DNA from: Candidatus Binatia bacterium
Lineage (GTDB): Bacteria > Desulfobacterota > Binatia > UBA12015
Length of the DNA stretch: 64,000 nt
Assembly (NCBI GenBank): GCA_046327915.1
Contig: JAXLXO010000007.1
Span: 67,347 to 131,346 of the forward strand
Reading direction: 5' to 3'
The notes beneath the pieces are model-generated. The model saw only the letters and a program-made list of their open reading frames with translations. It was not told where the DNA came from and did no database searches. Of the stretch, positions 29,232 to 36,881 are shown in pieces. Each line of letters begins with the position of its first letter. Positions within the stretch are counted from its first letter, which is position 1. Both the position numbers and the translations under genes were made by a program.

Positions 29232-30560
29232 ATGCGTTTCCCGAGCGAACAACGGTTCCTCAAGTACTGCGTCAGCAAACGGCGCACGTACCTGAAGCAA
29301 CTGTTCGAACGCCGGCAGGTACGTGCCTTCTTCGACCTCTGGCAGGCCGAGCTGCGTCTGTCGCAGAGTCCCTTCGAGATCGACGGACTCTCGAACGAGC
29401 AGACGGCGCGTCTCGGCACGCAGATGCGCTGGCTGCTCCTGCAGGATCTCCACCAGGTCGTGCGCATGGTGGTGCCGGACTTCCCGCCCGCCCCGCCGAG
29501 CGTGCTCGCAGCCCTGCCCGGCGGACTGCACCAGGTGCGCGTCGCGCGCTCGATGCTGATCGCCGGTGAGCGCGGCGTCGGGAAGGAGCAGCTCGCGATC
29601 CTGCTGCACGTCCTCGCCGGACGCCCCGGAGCGCTGGTGCGGCTCGCGAGCGCCGAGCTCGGCGGACCCGGCGCACCACCGACGCGGCAGCTGATGCCCG
29701 AGCGCGGCACGGTCTTCATCGGGCAGCTCGAGCAGATCCAGGAGGCGGCGCAGGACGACTTGCTCGCGTTCCTCAACGGCGAGGCGCGGCGCCGCGACCT
29801 GCTGTTCATCTTCTCGACCTCGGCGGAGCCGCGCGAGCTGGTGTCGCGGCACGGCGTCCGCCGCGACCTCTTCGTGCGCGTCAGCCAGACCGAGGTCCGC
29901 CTGCCGCCGCTGCGCGCGAAGCCGCGCGACGTTCCGGTCTACGTCGGGGACGTGCTGTACGATCTGCTGCGCGTTCCGGCCGAGCGGCTCGCCGAGCTGC
30001 GCACGGAAGCACGCGCGGTCGCGGAGAGCTGGCGCGGCGAGCAGCTCGATCCCGACCGCGAGGGCTACGACTATTTCTCGGAGGCGCTTTCGTTCGTCAT
30101 GTGGGGCGAGCGCAAGGAGCTCGCGAGCCGCAAGGTCGAGGAGCCGTGGTGCGCGCGCCTCGTCCAGAAGCAGTGGCCGGGCAACTTCGCCGAGCTGCGC
30201 GACCAGGTCGCGCGCACCTTCGACCGCGGCGAGGAGCGCCTGCCGCTGCGCACGCCGTTGCGCACGGTGGAGAGCTACGAGTCGAAGCGGCCGATCGAGC
30301 GGCCACGGCCCGAGCCGTCCAGCCCCGAGCCGGCCAGCGCGCCGGTCCGGGACGCCGAGAATACCCTTCCGACGCACCTGAGCCGGGACCAGCTGCTGCG
30401 CGAGTACTATCTGGCGCTGCTGCGCGAGGAGCGCGGCGACCTGCGGCGTGTGGCGCTGCGCGCCGGACGCCGTCTGCGCAGCCTGCACGCCGAGCTCGCC
30501 CGGCTCGACGTCCGCGTCACCGGCTTCGACCCGTTCGCGCCCCCGCCGACCGAGTCCTGA
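29232..30560 (+). CDS. Sigma-54-activator (bEBP)-like AAA+ protein with a degenerate active site and a C-terminal Fis-type HTH.
   Basis: bEBP-type Walker A GERGVGKE (compare GESGTGKE). The Walker B DE is replaced (GTVFIGQLEQI versus GTLFLDEIGEL). The GAFTGA loop is absent (ELGGPGAPP in its place). C-terminus QLLREYYLALLREERGDLRRVALRAGRRLRSL resembles HTH_8. Confidence 0.65.
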   Translation: MRFPSEQRFLKYCVSKRRTYLKQLFERRQVRAFFDLWQAELRLSQSPFEIDGLSNEQTARLGTQMRWLLLQDLHQVVRMVVPDFPPAPPSVLAALPGGLHQVRVARSMLIAGERGVGKEQLAILLHVLAGRPGALVRLASAELGGPGAPPTRQLMPERGTVFIGQLEQIQEAAQDDLLAFLNGEARRRDLLFIFSTSAEPRELVSRHGVRRDLFVRVSQTEVRLPPLRAKPRDVPVYVGDVLYDLLRVPAERLAELRTEARAVAESWRGEQLDPDREGYDYFSEALSFVMWGERKELASRKVEEPWCARLVQKQWPGNFAELRDQVARTFDRGEERLPLRTPLRTVESYESKRPIERPRPEPSSPEPASAPVRDAENTLPTHLSRDQLLREYYLALLREERGDLRRVALRAGRRLRSLHAELARLDVRVTGFDPFAPPPTES

Positions 30561-30754
30561 CCCCCTCCCGCGGGACCGTTCCGGGGCCGCAGGAATGGTT
30601 TGCGCGCGGCGTGTCCATCCGACACGATCCCTGACTCGTGAGCTTGTGGTTCCTGCTCGCGTCCGACGATTTTCCGAGCAATCCGTTTTCCGAACCCGCA
30701 CCGGCAGCAGCTCTGCCGCCGGTCACCTGTGATCAGACTTCGAGGAGTTTCGAG

Positions 30755-31018
30755 ATGGACGACGTCCTGCGTCAGGCAGAGGCCCTGCTGCGTTTTTCCG
30801 GCGAGGTGGAGAACCGGATGGTCGAGAGCGGCCTCGGTGGGGTGAACGGCGTCATCGAGCGCTACATCCAGCTTCGCCAGGCGCTCGACCGTCTGAGCCA
30901 GCGCGAGCTCGACTGGGCGAAGGGCGAGGTCGACCGTCTCATCGCGACGCTCACGGGCGTCGCCGAGCAGCTCGAGCAGCTGCGCGCGATCAAGCTGGCG
31001 ATCGTCGACCAGCGCTGA
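30755..31018 (+). CDS. Small hypothetical coiled-coil protein (87 aa).
   Basis: GAGGAG sits 8 nt upstream of the ATG. GC3 rises at the ATG. The longer GTG-initiated ORF (30638) has low GC3 and is rejected. Confidence 0.4.
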   Translation: MDDVLRQAEALLRFSGEVENRMVESGLGGVNGVIERYIQLRQALDRLSQRELDWAKGEVDRLIATLTGVAEQLEQLRAIKLAIVDQR

Positions 31019-31460
31019 CGCGCGGCGTCCACGTCACGAGCCGGACGGCGAGGCCGAGCGCCGCACCGAAGGTATCGAGCGCCACGTCGACCGGCGACGG
31101 GCCTCGGCTCGGAACGAAGCTCTGGTGCAGCTCGTCGAAGGACGCGTAGAGCGCGCAGAACGCGAGCGTCGCGAGCGCGAGCGTCATCGCCGTGCGTCCG
31201 GGCCGCTCCAGGGCCCGGAACACCAGCACCGCGAGCACGGCGTACTCGGTCACGTGCGCGAGCTTGCGGGTGACGGCGTGCGCCGTCTCGATGGTCGCCG
31301 GCGCGGCGCCGGGCAGCAGCACCTCGAACACCGGCCGCAGCAGCGACGCCGTGTGCTCGCCGCTGAACGAGTCGCTCGACAGGACCGAGATGACGACGGC
31401 CCAGAGCGCGACCGGCAGCCAGCGCGCGATCACGTCACGCGTCGTGAAGGGTGGGCTCAT
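30990..31460 (-). CDS. VanZ-like family membrane protein.
   Basis: Four-TM small protein with VanZ-like conserved region (...SFDELHQSFVPSRGPSPVDVALDTFGAALG...). Confidence 0.6.
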   Translation of the reverse strand: MSPPFTTRDVIARWLPVALWAVVISVLSSDSFSGEHTASLLRPVFEVLLPGAAPATIETAHAVTRKLAHVTEYAVLAVLVFRALERPGRTAMTLALATLAFCALYASFDELHQSFVPSRGPSPVDVALDTFGAALGLAVRLVTWTPRVSAGRRSPA

Positions 31461-31490
31461 GCGCGTCGTGAAGACCGCGGCCCGTGCGCG

Positions 31491-32741
31491 TCAGGGCTTC
31501 GCCGGCGCAGTCTTGCTCGCGTCGTCCCGCTGGGCGCGCTCGATCGCGAGCGCGTACTGGAAGTGCTCCGGACGGAGGCTGCCGGGAACCTTGCGGCCGT
31601 TGATGAAGAAGGTCGGCGTGGACTCGACGCCGACGGCCGCGCCGGCCGCGACGTCGGCCGCGACCTTCGCCGCGGCGGCGGGCGACGCGAGGCAGCGCTC
31701 GAACTCGCCTTGGTCGAGACCGAGGCGCGCCGCGTAGCCGACGAGGCTCGGCGTATCGAGCGCGCTCTGGTTCTGGAACAGCGTCCGATAGTACTCCTTC
31801 TGCTTGCCCTGCGCGGACGCGCACTCGTAGGCGACCGCGGCCTGGCAGGCGTGCGGATGCCCCTCCTGCTTGACCTGCGGATTGCAGCCGGAGCTCAGCG
31901 GGAAGTTGCGGTGCACCAGCTTCACCGGAACGCGCGCGGCGTCGAGGATCGGCGTCAGGTCGAGGAACGCGCGGCCGCAGGCGGGACACTCGAAGTCGGA
32001 GAACTCGACCAGCGCGATCTGGTCGGCCGACGCACGATCCTTCTCGTCGAGCTGAAGGTCGATGACCGGCTGCGAGATGTACCAGGCGTAGAAGCGCGGG
32101 TCCTTCTCGCGGATCTCGTCGACCGACATGATCTGCGTGCTGCCGCTCTTCGGCATCTGGATGAAGAGCAGCACGACGACCAGTGCCGCGATCGCGCCGG
32201 CGGTCGGGATCCAGAAGCGGGTCGGCGTCCAGCCCGGCGGAGCCGCGGCGTTCAGCGAACGGACGATCGCGACCGCGGCGCCGAAGAGCGCGATGTTGAC
32301 CGCGTCGAGGCTCAGGCACAGCGGGCACGCGACGCCGATCACGAAGGTCGAGACGGCGAAGAAGTAGAGCGACACGACGAGCATCGCCGCGGTGAACGCC
32401 GCCAGCGTCGCCGCGGCCCGGGTGCGCGCCTCGCTGCGCGCATTGCGCAAGGAGAATGCGAGCGCCGCCGTGGCAAGGTATGCGGCGAGTGCCCAGCCGG
32501 CCACGGGGATGCCGAGGACCTTCGCGTACGAGCTCGCCAGCACCACGTCGCACGACAGGTGGGCCGAGACGTCGCAGAAACTCGTGTAGCCACCCTGGCC
32601 ACTCGAGATCTGATGATGGATATAGAGCACCACCGCGCTCAGGGCGGCGCCCAATCCAGCTAGGACGATGACCAGGACAGGGAGGATTCCGATGTCGGGC
32701 GCCGCTTTCGGGGCTGCAGGGGAGCGACGCGCCGTGCTCAT
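31491..32741 (-). CDS. Vitamin K epoxide reductase (VKOR) domain fused to a periplasmic thioredoxin/DsbA-like domain.
   Basis: VKOR four-helix core with CxxC (ACPLCLSL), and a C-terminal Trx-fold with FECPACG. Confidence 0.85.
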   Translation of the reverse strand: MSTARRSPAAPKAAPDIGILPVLVIVLAGLGAALSAVVLYIHHQISSGQGGYTSFCDVSAHLSCDVVLASSYAKVLGIPVAGWALAAYLATAALAFSLRNARSEARTRAAATLAAFTAAMLVVSLYFFAVSTFVIGVACPLCLSLDAVNIALFGAAVAIVRSLNAAAPPGWTPTRFWIPTAGAIAALVVVLLFIQMPKSGSTQIMSVDEIREKDPRFYAWYISQPVIDLQLDEKDRASADQIALVEFSDFECPACGRAFLDLTPILDAARVPVKLVHRNFPLSSGCNPQVKQEGHPHACQAAVAYECASAQGKQKEYYRTLFQNQSALDTPSLVGYAARLGLDQGEFERCLASPAAAAKVAADVAAGAAVGVESTPTFFINGRKVPGSLRPEHFQYALAIERAQRDDASKTAPAKP

Positions 32742-35700
32742 GACAACGGGCGACTCTACCCAGCCCCCCCATGCGTTTCAACGCGGCCGTCGCGTTCTGC
32801 GAACTCTCTTCTTCGGACTGCTGATTCTGCTGCTCCCGGGGCTCGCGCAGGCGCAGAACCTGGTGCGCAACGGCGGCTTCCTCGAGGCCGACGGCGAGCA
32901 GCCGGCCGGATGGACCACCGAGCAGTGGAGTCCGACCCTCGGCACGACCTTCGGCTGGGAGAAGGGCGTCAGCGGGCTCGGCGCGGTGACGATCCGCAAC
33001 CCGGTCGGCAACGACGCCCGCTGGATCCAGAACGTCCGCGTGCAGCCCGAGACCTGGTACCGCCTCTCGGGCAGCGTCCGCGCGATCGGCGTCACCGCCG
33101 GTTACGGCGCGAGCCTCGGCGTCATGGGCGGCTTCGAGCAGGCCCGCGAGATCAAGGGCGAGGACAGTGGCTGGCAGCAGGTCTCGATGTGGTACAAGAC
33201 CAAGCCCGGCCAGAACCAGCTCACGATCGGCTGCCGTCTCGGCAACTACGGACAGATCGCCGCCGGCGAGGTGCGCTGCACCGGGATCGAGCTCACCGCG
33301 GTCGCGACGCCGCCGCTGAATGCGGACTTCGTCTACGGCCCGCTCGACGAGTCGACGACGCCGGTCGGCGTGCCCGCCGCGCTCGGCATCGTGGCGCTGC
33401 TCGGCATCGCACTCTGGCTCTACGGACGGCTGCCCGCCGAGGTGCCGCTCACCGAGCGGCTCGCGCTGCACGGCGTGCTGGTCGCGCTGCTGATCGCGAA
33501 GTTCCTCGTCGCGCCGTACTTCTCGTACAAGGTCGACATCGGCTCGTACTCGGCGTGGGCTCTGAAGCTCGCGGCCGAGGGACCGGCCCGCTTCTACGCC
33601 CCCGGCTACTTCGCCGACTACCCGCCGGGCTACATGTACGTGCTGTGGGCGGTCGGGCTCGTGAGCCGCCTGTTCCGCGCCGGATGGCAGTCGCCGTGGT
33701 TCGTGGCGCTGCTCAAGCTGCCGGCGCTGCTCGCGGACCTCGCGGTCGCGCGGCTGATCTTCGCGCGGCTTCGTCCGGGGCGGAAGCGCGTCGCGTGGCT
33801 CGCCGCGATGGCCTTCGCGCTGAACCCCGCGCTGCTGCTGAACTCGACCATCTGGGGCCAGACCGACTCGGTCCTGGCACTGCTCGCGCTGCTCGCATTC
33901 CTCGCGCTGGGAGACCGACGCTTCGAGCTCGCGTGGAGCCTCGCGGCGCTCGCGATCCTGACCAAGCCGCAGGCGTTGCTGCTCGTGCCGCTGTTCGTGC
34001 TCTGGCCGTGGGGCTGGTGGAAGAGCGGACGTCCGCTGTCGGCGCTGCTCGCGATCCTCGCGACGGTGTTCGTCGTCGCCGACCCGTTCCGCGGCGAGCG
34101 TCCGTGGACCTGGCTGGTCGAGCTCTACACCGGCACGACCGGCTACTACGCGGAGACCTCGGTCAACGCGATGAACCTGCCGGCGCTGCTCTTCGGCATG
34201 CGCGGCAACGACGCCGAGCGCTATCTCGGCGTCGGCACGCAGACGTGGGGCTTCGCGATCGGGCTCGTCGTCGGCCTGATCTTCCTCGTGCCGTACCTGC
34301 GGCGGCGCACGCGCTCGCTGCACGCGGGGCTCGTCGCCGCGGCGACGCTGGTCGCGTTCATGTGCTTGACGCGCATGCACGAGCGCTACCTCTACCCGTA
34401 CTTCGTGTTCGCCGGCCTGATCGGCGTCACCGGACGGTGGGGCGTCCTGTACTGGGTGCTGTCGGCGCTGTTCTTCGCCAACGAACTGCTGGTCTACCTC
34501 TACCAGGCCGACGCGACCGCCGGTCCCGTCTGGCTGTGGAAGACGCTGTCGGTGCTCGGCGTCGCGTGCGTCCCGGTGGCGGCCTGGCTGTACTGGCGGC
34601 TCGCCGGACGGCAGGACGACCCGCCGGGCGCGGCGGCGCTCGACGAGGACGATGCGCGCTGGCAGCAGTCGCTCGAGACCGCGCAGGCGGCCGCGGCTAC
34701 GCGCGCACCGGCGGAACGTCCGGTGACGGCGGGCACGCCCGACGAGGGCACCGGACCGTCGTGGCGCTGGCACGAGGTCGCGTTCCTTCTTGTGCTGACC
34801 GCGGCGTCGCTCGGACTGCGCCTGCACGACCTCGCCAATCCGACCGACCTGGTGTTCGACGAGGTCTACTTCGTCGAGCAGGGCCGGGACTACCTCGAAG
34901 GCAAGGACTTCATGGACCCGCACCCGCCGATCGCGAAGCTGACGATCGGCCTCGGGATCAAGCTGTTCGGCGACACGCCGACCGGCTGGCGGACGATGAA
35001 CGCGATCGTCGGCACGGCGCTGGTGCCGCTCATGTACCTGCTCGGCCGCGTGCTGTTCCGCCGCCGCCTCGCCGCGGCGTTCGCCGCGTTCTTCGTCGCG
35101 TTCGACGGGCTGTGTCTCGTCGACTCGCGCATCGCGGTGATCGACATCCACTACGTCACGTGGGGCGTCGCGGGCTACGTGAGCGCGCTCTACATGGTCC
35201 GCAAGCAGGAGTGGGAGCGAACGTGGCGCCTGCTCCTGACCGGCGTCCTGATGGGGCTCTCCGTCGCGGCGAAGCTCTACATCCCCTTCTTCAGCTTCCT
35301 GCTCGTGCTCGGCACGATCGGGCTCACGGCGTGGGGCTTCGCCAAGCAGCGCGGCATCGCGCCGCTGCGCTTCGCGCTGTGGCCGGTGTTCGTCGTCGGG
35401 CTCGTCGCGAGCGTGGTGTACGTGCTGTCCTACACGCCCCACTTCTGGTGGGGCTGGTGGCACTCGCCGCTCGACCTCGTCAAGTACATCGTGTTCCGCG
35501 TGCCCGAGTACCAGGCCGCGGTGAAGGACGCGACGCACCCGTACAGCTCGAAGTGGTGGACGTGGCCGCTGCTGCTGCGTCCGGTCTGGTACTACTGGAA
35601 GGATCCCGGACCGGCGCCCGGCATGGTCGTCGGCATCTGGGGCTCGGGCAATCCGCCGGTGTGGTGGGCGGCGCTGCCCGCGCTGATCCTGTGCACGTAC

Positions 35701-36183
35701 TACGCCGTGCGCGAGCGGCGGCTCGCACTGATCTTCGTGGTCGCGGGCTGGGTCATCCACCTCGCGCCGTGGGTCGGCATCAGCCGCACGCTGTTCCTCT
35801 ACCACTACCTGCCGTCGCTGCTGTTCGCGTTCCTCGCGCTGTCGTGGACCCTCGACCGCATCTGGAACGGCGAGGGCAGCACGATCGAGCGCGGGCTCAT
35901 CGGCGCGACGCTGCTGGCGAGCATCCTGCCGGTCGCGATGGCCACGCTGGGCAGCTGGGGGCCGCTGGTCTTCCTCGCCCTGCTGCTCGCGTACGAGGGC
36001 CTGCTGTTCTCCAGCGAGCGCGACCAGCTGCGCGTCGGGCGCGCGGCCGTCGCCCTCTACTGTGTCGCGATCCTCGCGGTCGCGATGTACTTCCTGCCCA
36101 TCTGGCTCGGGACCCCGGTCACCAAGCGCGCCTGGGAGGCGCGCATGTGGATCTCGGGCTCGAAGTTCATGAACTGGATATGA
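32740..36183 (+). CDS. Large fused GT-C glycosyltransferase: signal peptide, CBM4/9-like module, DUF2029/GT87-like GT-C domain (DYPPGY), then PMT/GT39-like GT-C domain.
   Basis: N-terminal NGGFLEADGEQPAGW... beta-sandwich signature, then about 11 TM segments with YFADYPPGYMYVLWAV. A second polytopic half opens with DEVYFVEQGRDYLEGKDFMDPHPPIAKLTIGLGIKLFG (PMT family). Start at 32740 (MTTGDS..., signal peptide). Confidence 0.8.
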   Translation: MTTGDSTQPPHAFQRGRRVLRTLFFGLLILLLPGLAQAQNLVRNGGFLEADGEQPAGWTTEQWSPTLGTTFGWEKGVSGLGAVTIRNPVGNDARWIQNVRVQPETWYRLSGSVRAIGVTAGYGASLGVMGGFEQAREIKGEDSGWQQVSMWYKTKPGQNQLTIGCRLGNYGQIAAGEVRCTGIELTAVATPPLNADFVYGPLDESTTPVGVPAALGIVALLGIALWLYGRLPAEVPLTERLALHGVLVALLIAKFLVAPYFSYKVDIGSYSAWALKLAAEGPARFYAPGYFADYPPGYMYVLWAVGLVSRLFRAGWQSPWFVALLKLPALLADLAVARLIFARLRPGRKRVAWLAAMAFALNPALLLNSTIWGQTDSVLALLALLAFLALGDRRFELAWSLAALAILTKPQALLLVPLFVLWPWGWWKSGRPLSALLAILATVFVVADPFRGERPWTWLVELYTGTTGYYAETSVNAMNLPALLFGMRGNDAERYLGVGTQTWGFAIGLVVGLIFLVPYLRRRTRSLHAGLVAAATLVAFMCLTRMHERYLYPYFVFAGLIGVTGRWGVLYWVLSALFFANELLVYLYQADATAGPVWLWKTLSVLGVACVPVAAWLYWRLAGRQDDPPGAAALDEDDARWQQSLETAQAAAATRAPAERPVTAGTPDEGTGPSWRWHEVAFLLVLTAASLGLRLHDLANPTDLVFDEVYFVEQGRDYLEGKDFMDPHPPIAKLTIGLGIKLFGDTPTGWRTMNAIVGTALVPLMYLLGRVLFRRRLAAAFAAFFVAFDGLCLVDSRIAVIDIHYVTWGVAGYVSALYMVRKQEWERTWRLLLTGVLMGLSVAAKLYIPFFSFLLVLGTIGLTAWGFAKQRGIAPLRFALWPVFVVGLVASVVYVLSYTPHFWWGWWHSPLDLVKYIVFRVPEYQAAVKDATHPYSSKWWTWPLLLRPVWYYWKDPGPAPGMVVGIWGSGNPPVWWAALPALILCTYYAVRERRLALIFVVAGWVIHLAPWVGISRTLFLYHYLPSLLFAFLALSWTLDRIWNGEGSTIERGLIGATLLASILPVAMATLGSWGPLVFLALLLAYEGLLFSSERDQLRVGRAAVALYCVAILAVAMYFLPIWLGTPVTKRAWEARMWISGSKFMNWI

Positions 36184-36881
36184 GCGCGCGTCCGACCCGA
36201 TCGTCCCTGGTGCTCGCCGTCCTCGCGGCGGTGCTCGCGCTCGCGCCCGCGGCGCACGCGTCCACCGAGCTGGTCAAGAACGGACTTCTGGCCGACGGCA
36301 CCGACGGCAAGCCGAAGGACTGGCGCAACGACGCCTACTCGGCGGACGCGAGCCGGCTGACGTGGCTCGTCGACCCGAGCGGGCTCGGCGTGCTGTCGAT
36401 CGACAGCGACCAGCCGAACGACGCGCGCTGGGTGCAGACCGTCCCGGTCTCGCCGAACACCTGGTACCAGGTGTTCGGCTGGCTGCGCGCGGAGAAGGTC
36501 GGCGCTCAGGCGATGGGCGTCTACCTGTCGGTGCTCGACACGTTCTACAACTCGCGCGACCTGCGCGGCGATGCGCCGTGGCAGCCGGTCTCGTTCTGGG
36601 TGAAGACCGGCTCGATCGACACGTCGCTGCAGATCGCCTGCCGCGTCGGCGGCTACAGCTCGCTCAACACCGGCCACGGCTGGTGCACCGGCATCTCGGT
36701 GATGGCCGCGGGCACGCCGCGCTCGGGCGATCCGTTCGTGTTCGGCGGCACCGCGCCCGGCGGCGAGGGGGGATCGCAGGACCTGCCGGTCGCGAAGGGC
36801 GTCGCGGTGCTCGTCGTCGTCGGTATCGTGCTGCTGGCGTGGCGCTACCTGGCACCGCCGTCGGTGCGCATCCCGCGGTGA
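36180..36881 (+). CDS. Exported CBM4/9-like module protein with a C-terminal TM anchor. It is a paralog of the N-terminal module of the upstream glycosyltransferase.
   Basis: Signal peptide MSARPTRSSLVLAVLAAVLALAPAAHA, then LVKNGLLADG...DW...NDARWVQTVPVSPNTWYQVFGW...WCTGISV aligning block-by-block with residues 40-200 of the upstream protein, then VAVLVVVGIVLLAW. The start overlaps the upstream stop (ATGA). Confidence 0.65.
   Translation: MSARPTRSSLVLAVLAAVLALAPAAHASTELVKNGLLADGTDGKPKDWRNDAYSADASRLTWLVDPSGLGVLSIDSDQPNDARWVQTVPVSPNTWYQVFGWLRAEKVGAQAMGVYLSVLDTFYNSRDLRGDAPWQPVSFWVKTGSIDTSLQIACRVGGYSSLNTGHGWCTGISVMAAGTPRSGDPFVFGGTAPGGEGGSQDLPVAKGVAVLVVVGIVLLAWRYLAPPSVRIPR

Noticed and set aside
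30638-30754. GTG-initiated 126-aa version of the small ORF.
   Set aside because: Third-codon positions are A/T-rich up to the ATG at 30755, which has a GAGGAG RBS. The upstream part is likely 5' UTR.
30561-30754. Sigma-54 promoter (TGGCAC-N5-TTGC) near the degenerate bEBP gene and its neighbours.
   Set aside because: No convincing -24/-12 element found by eye. This is absence of evidence only.
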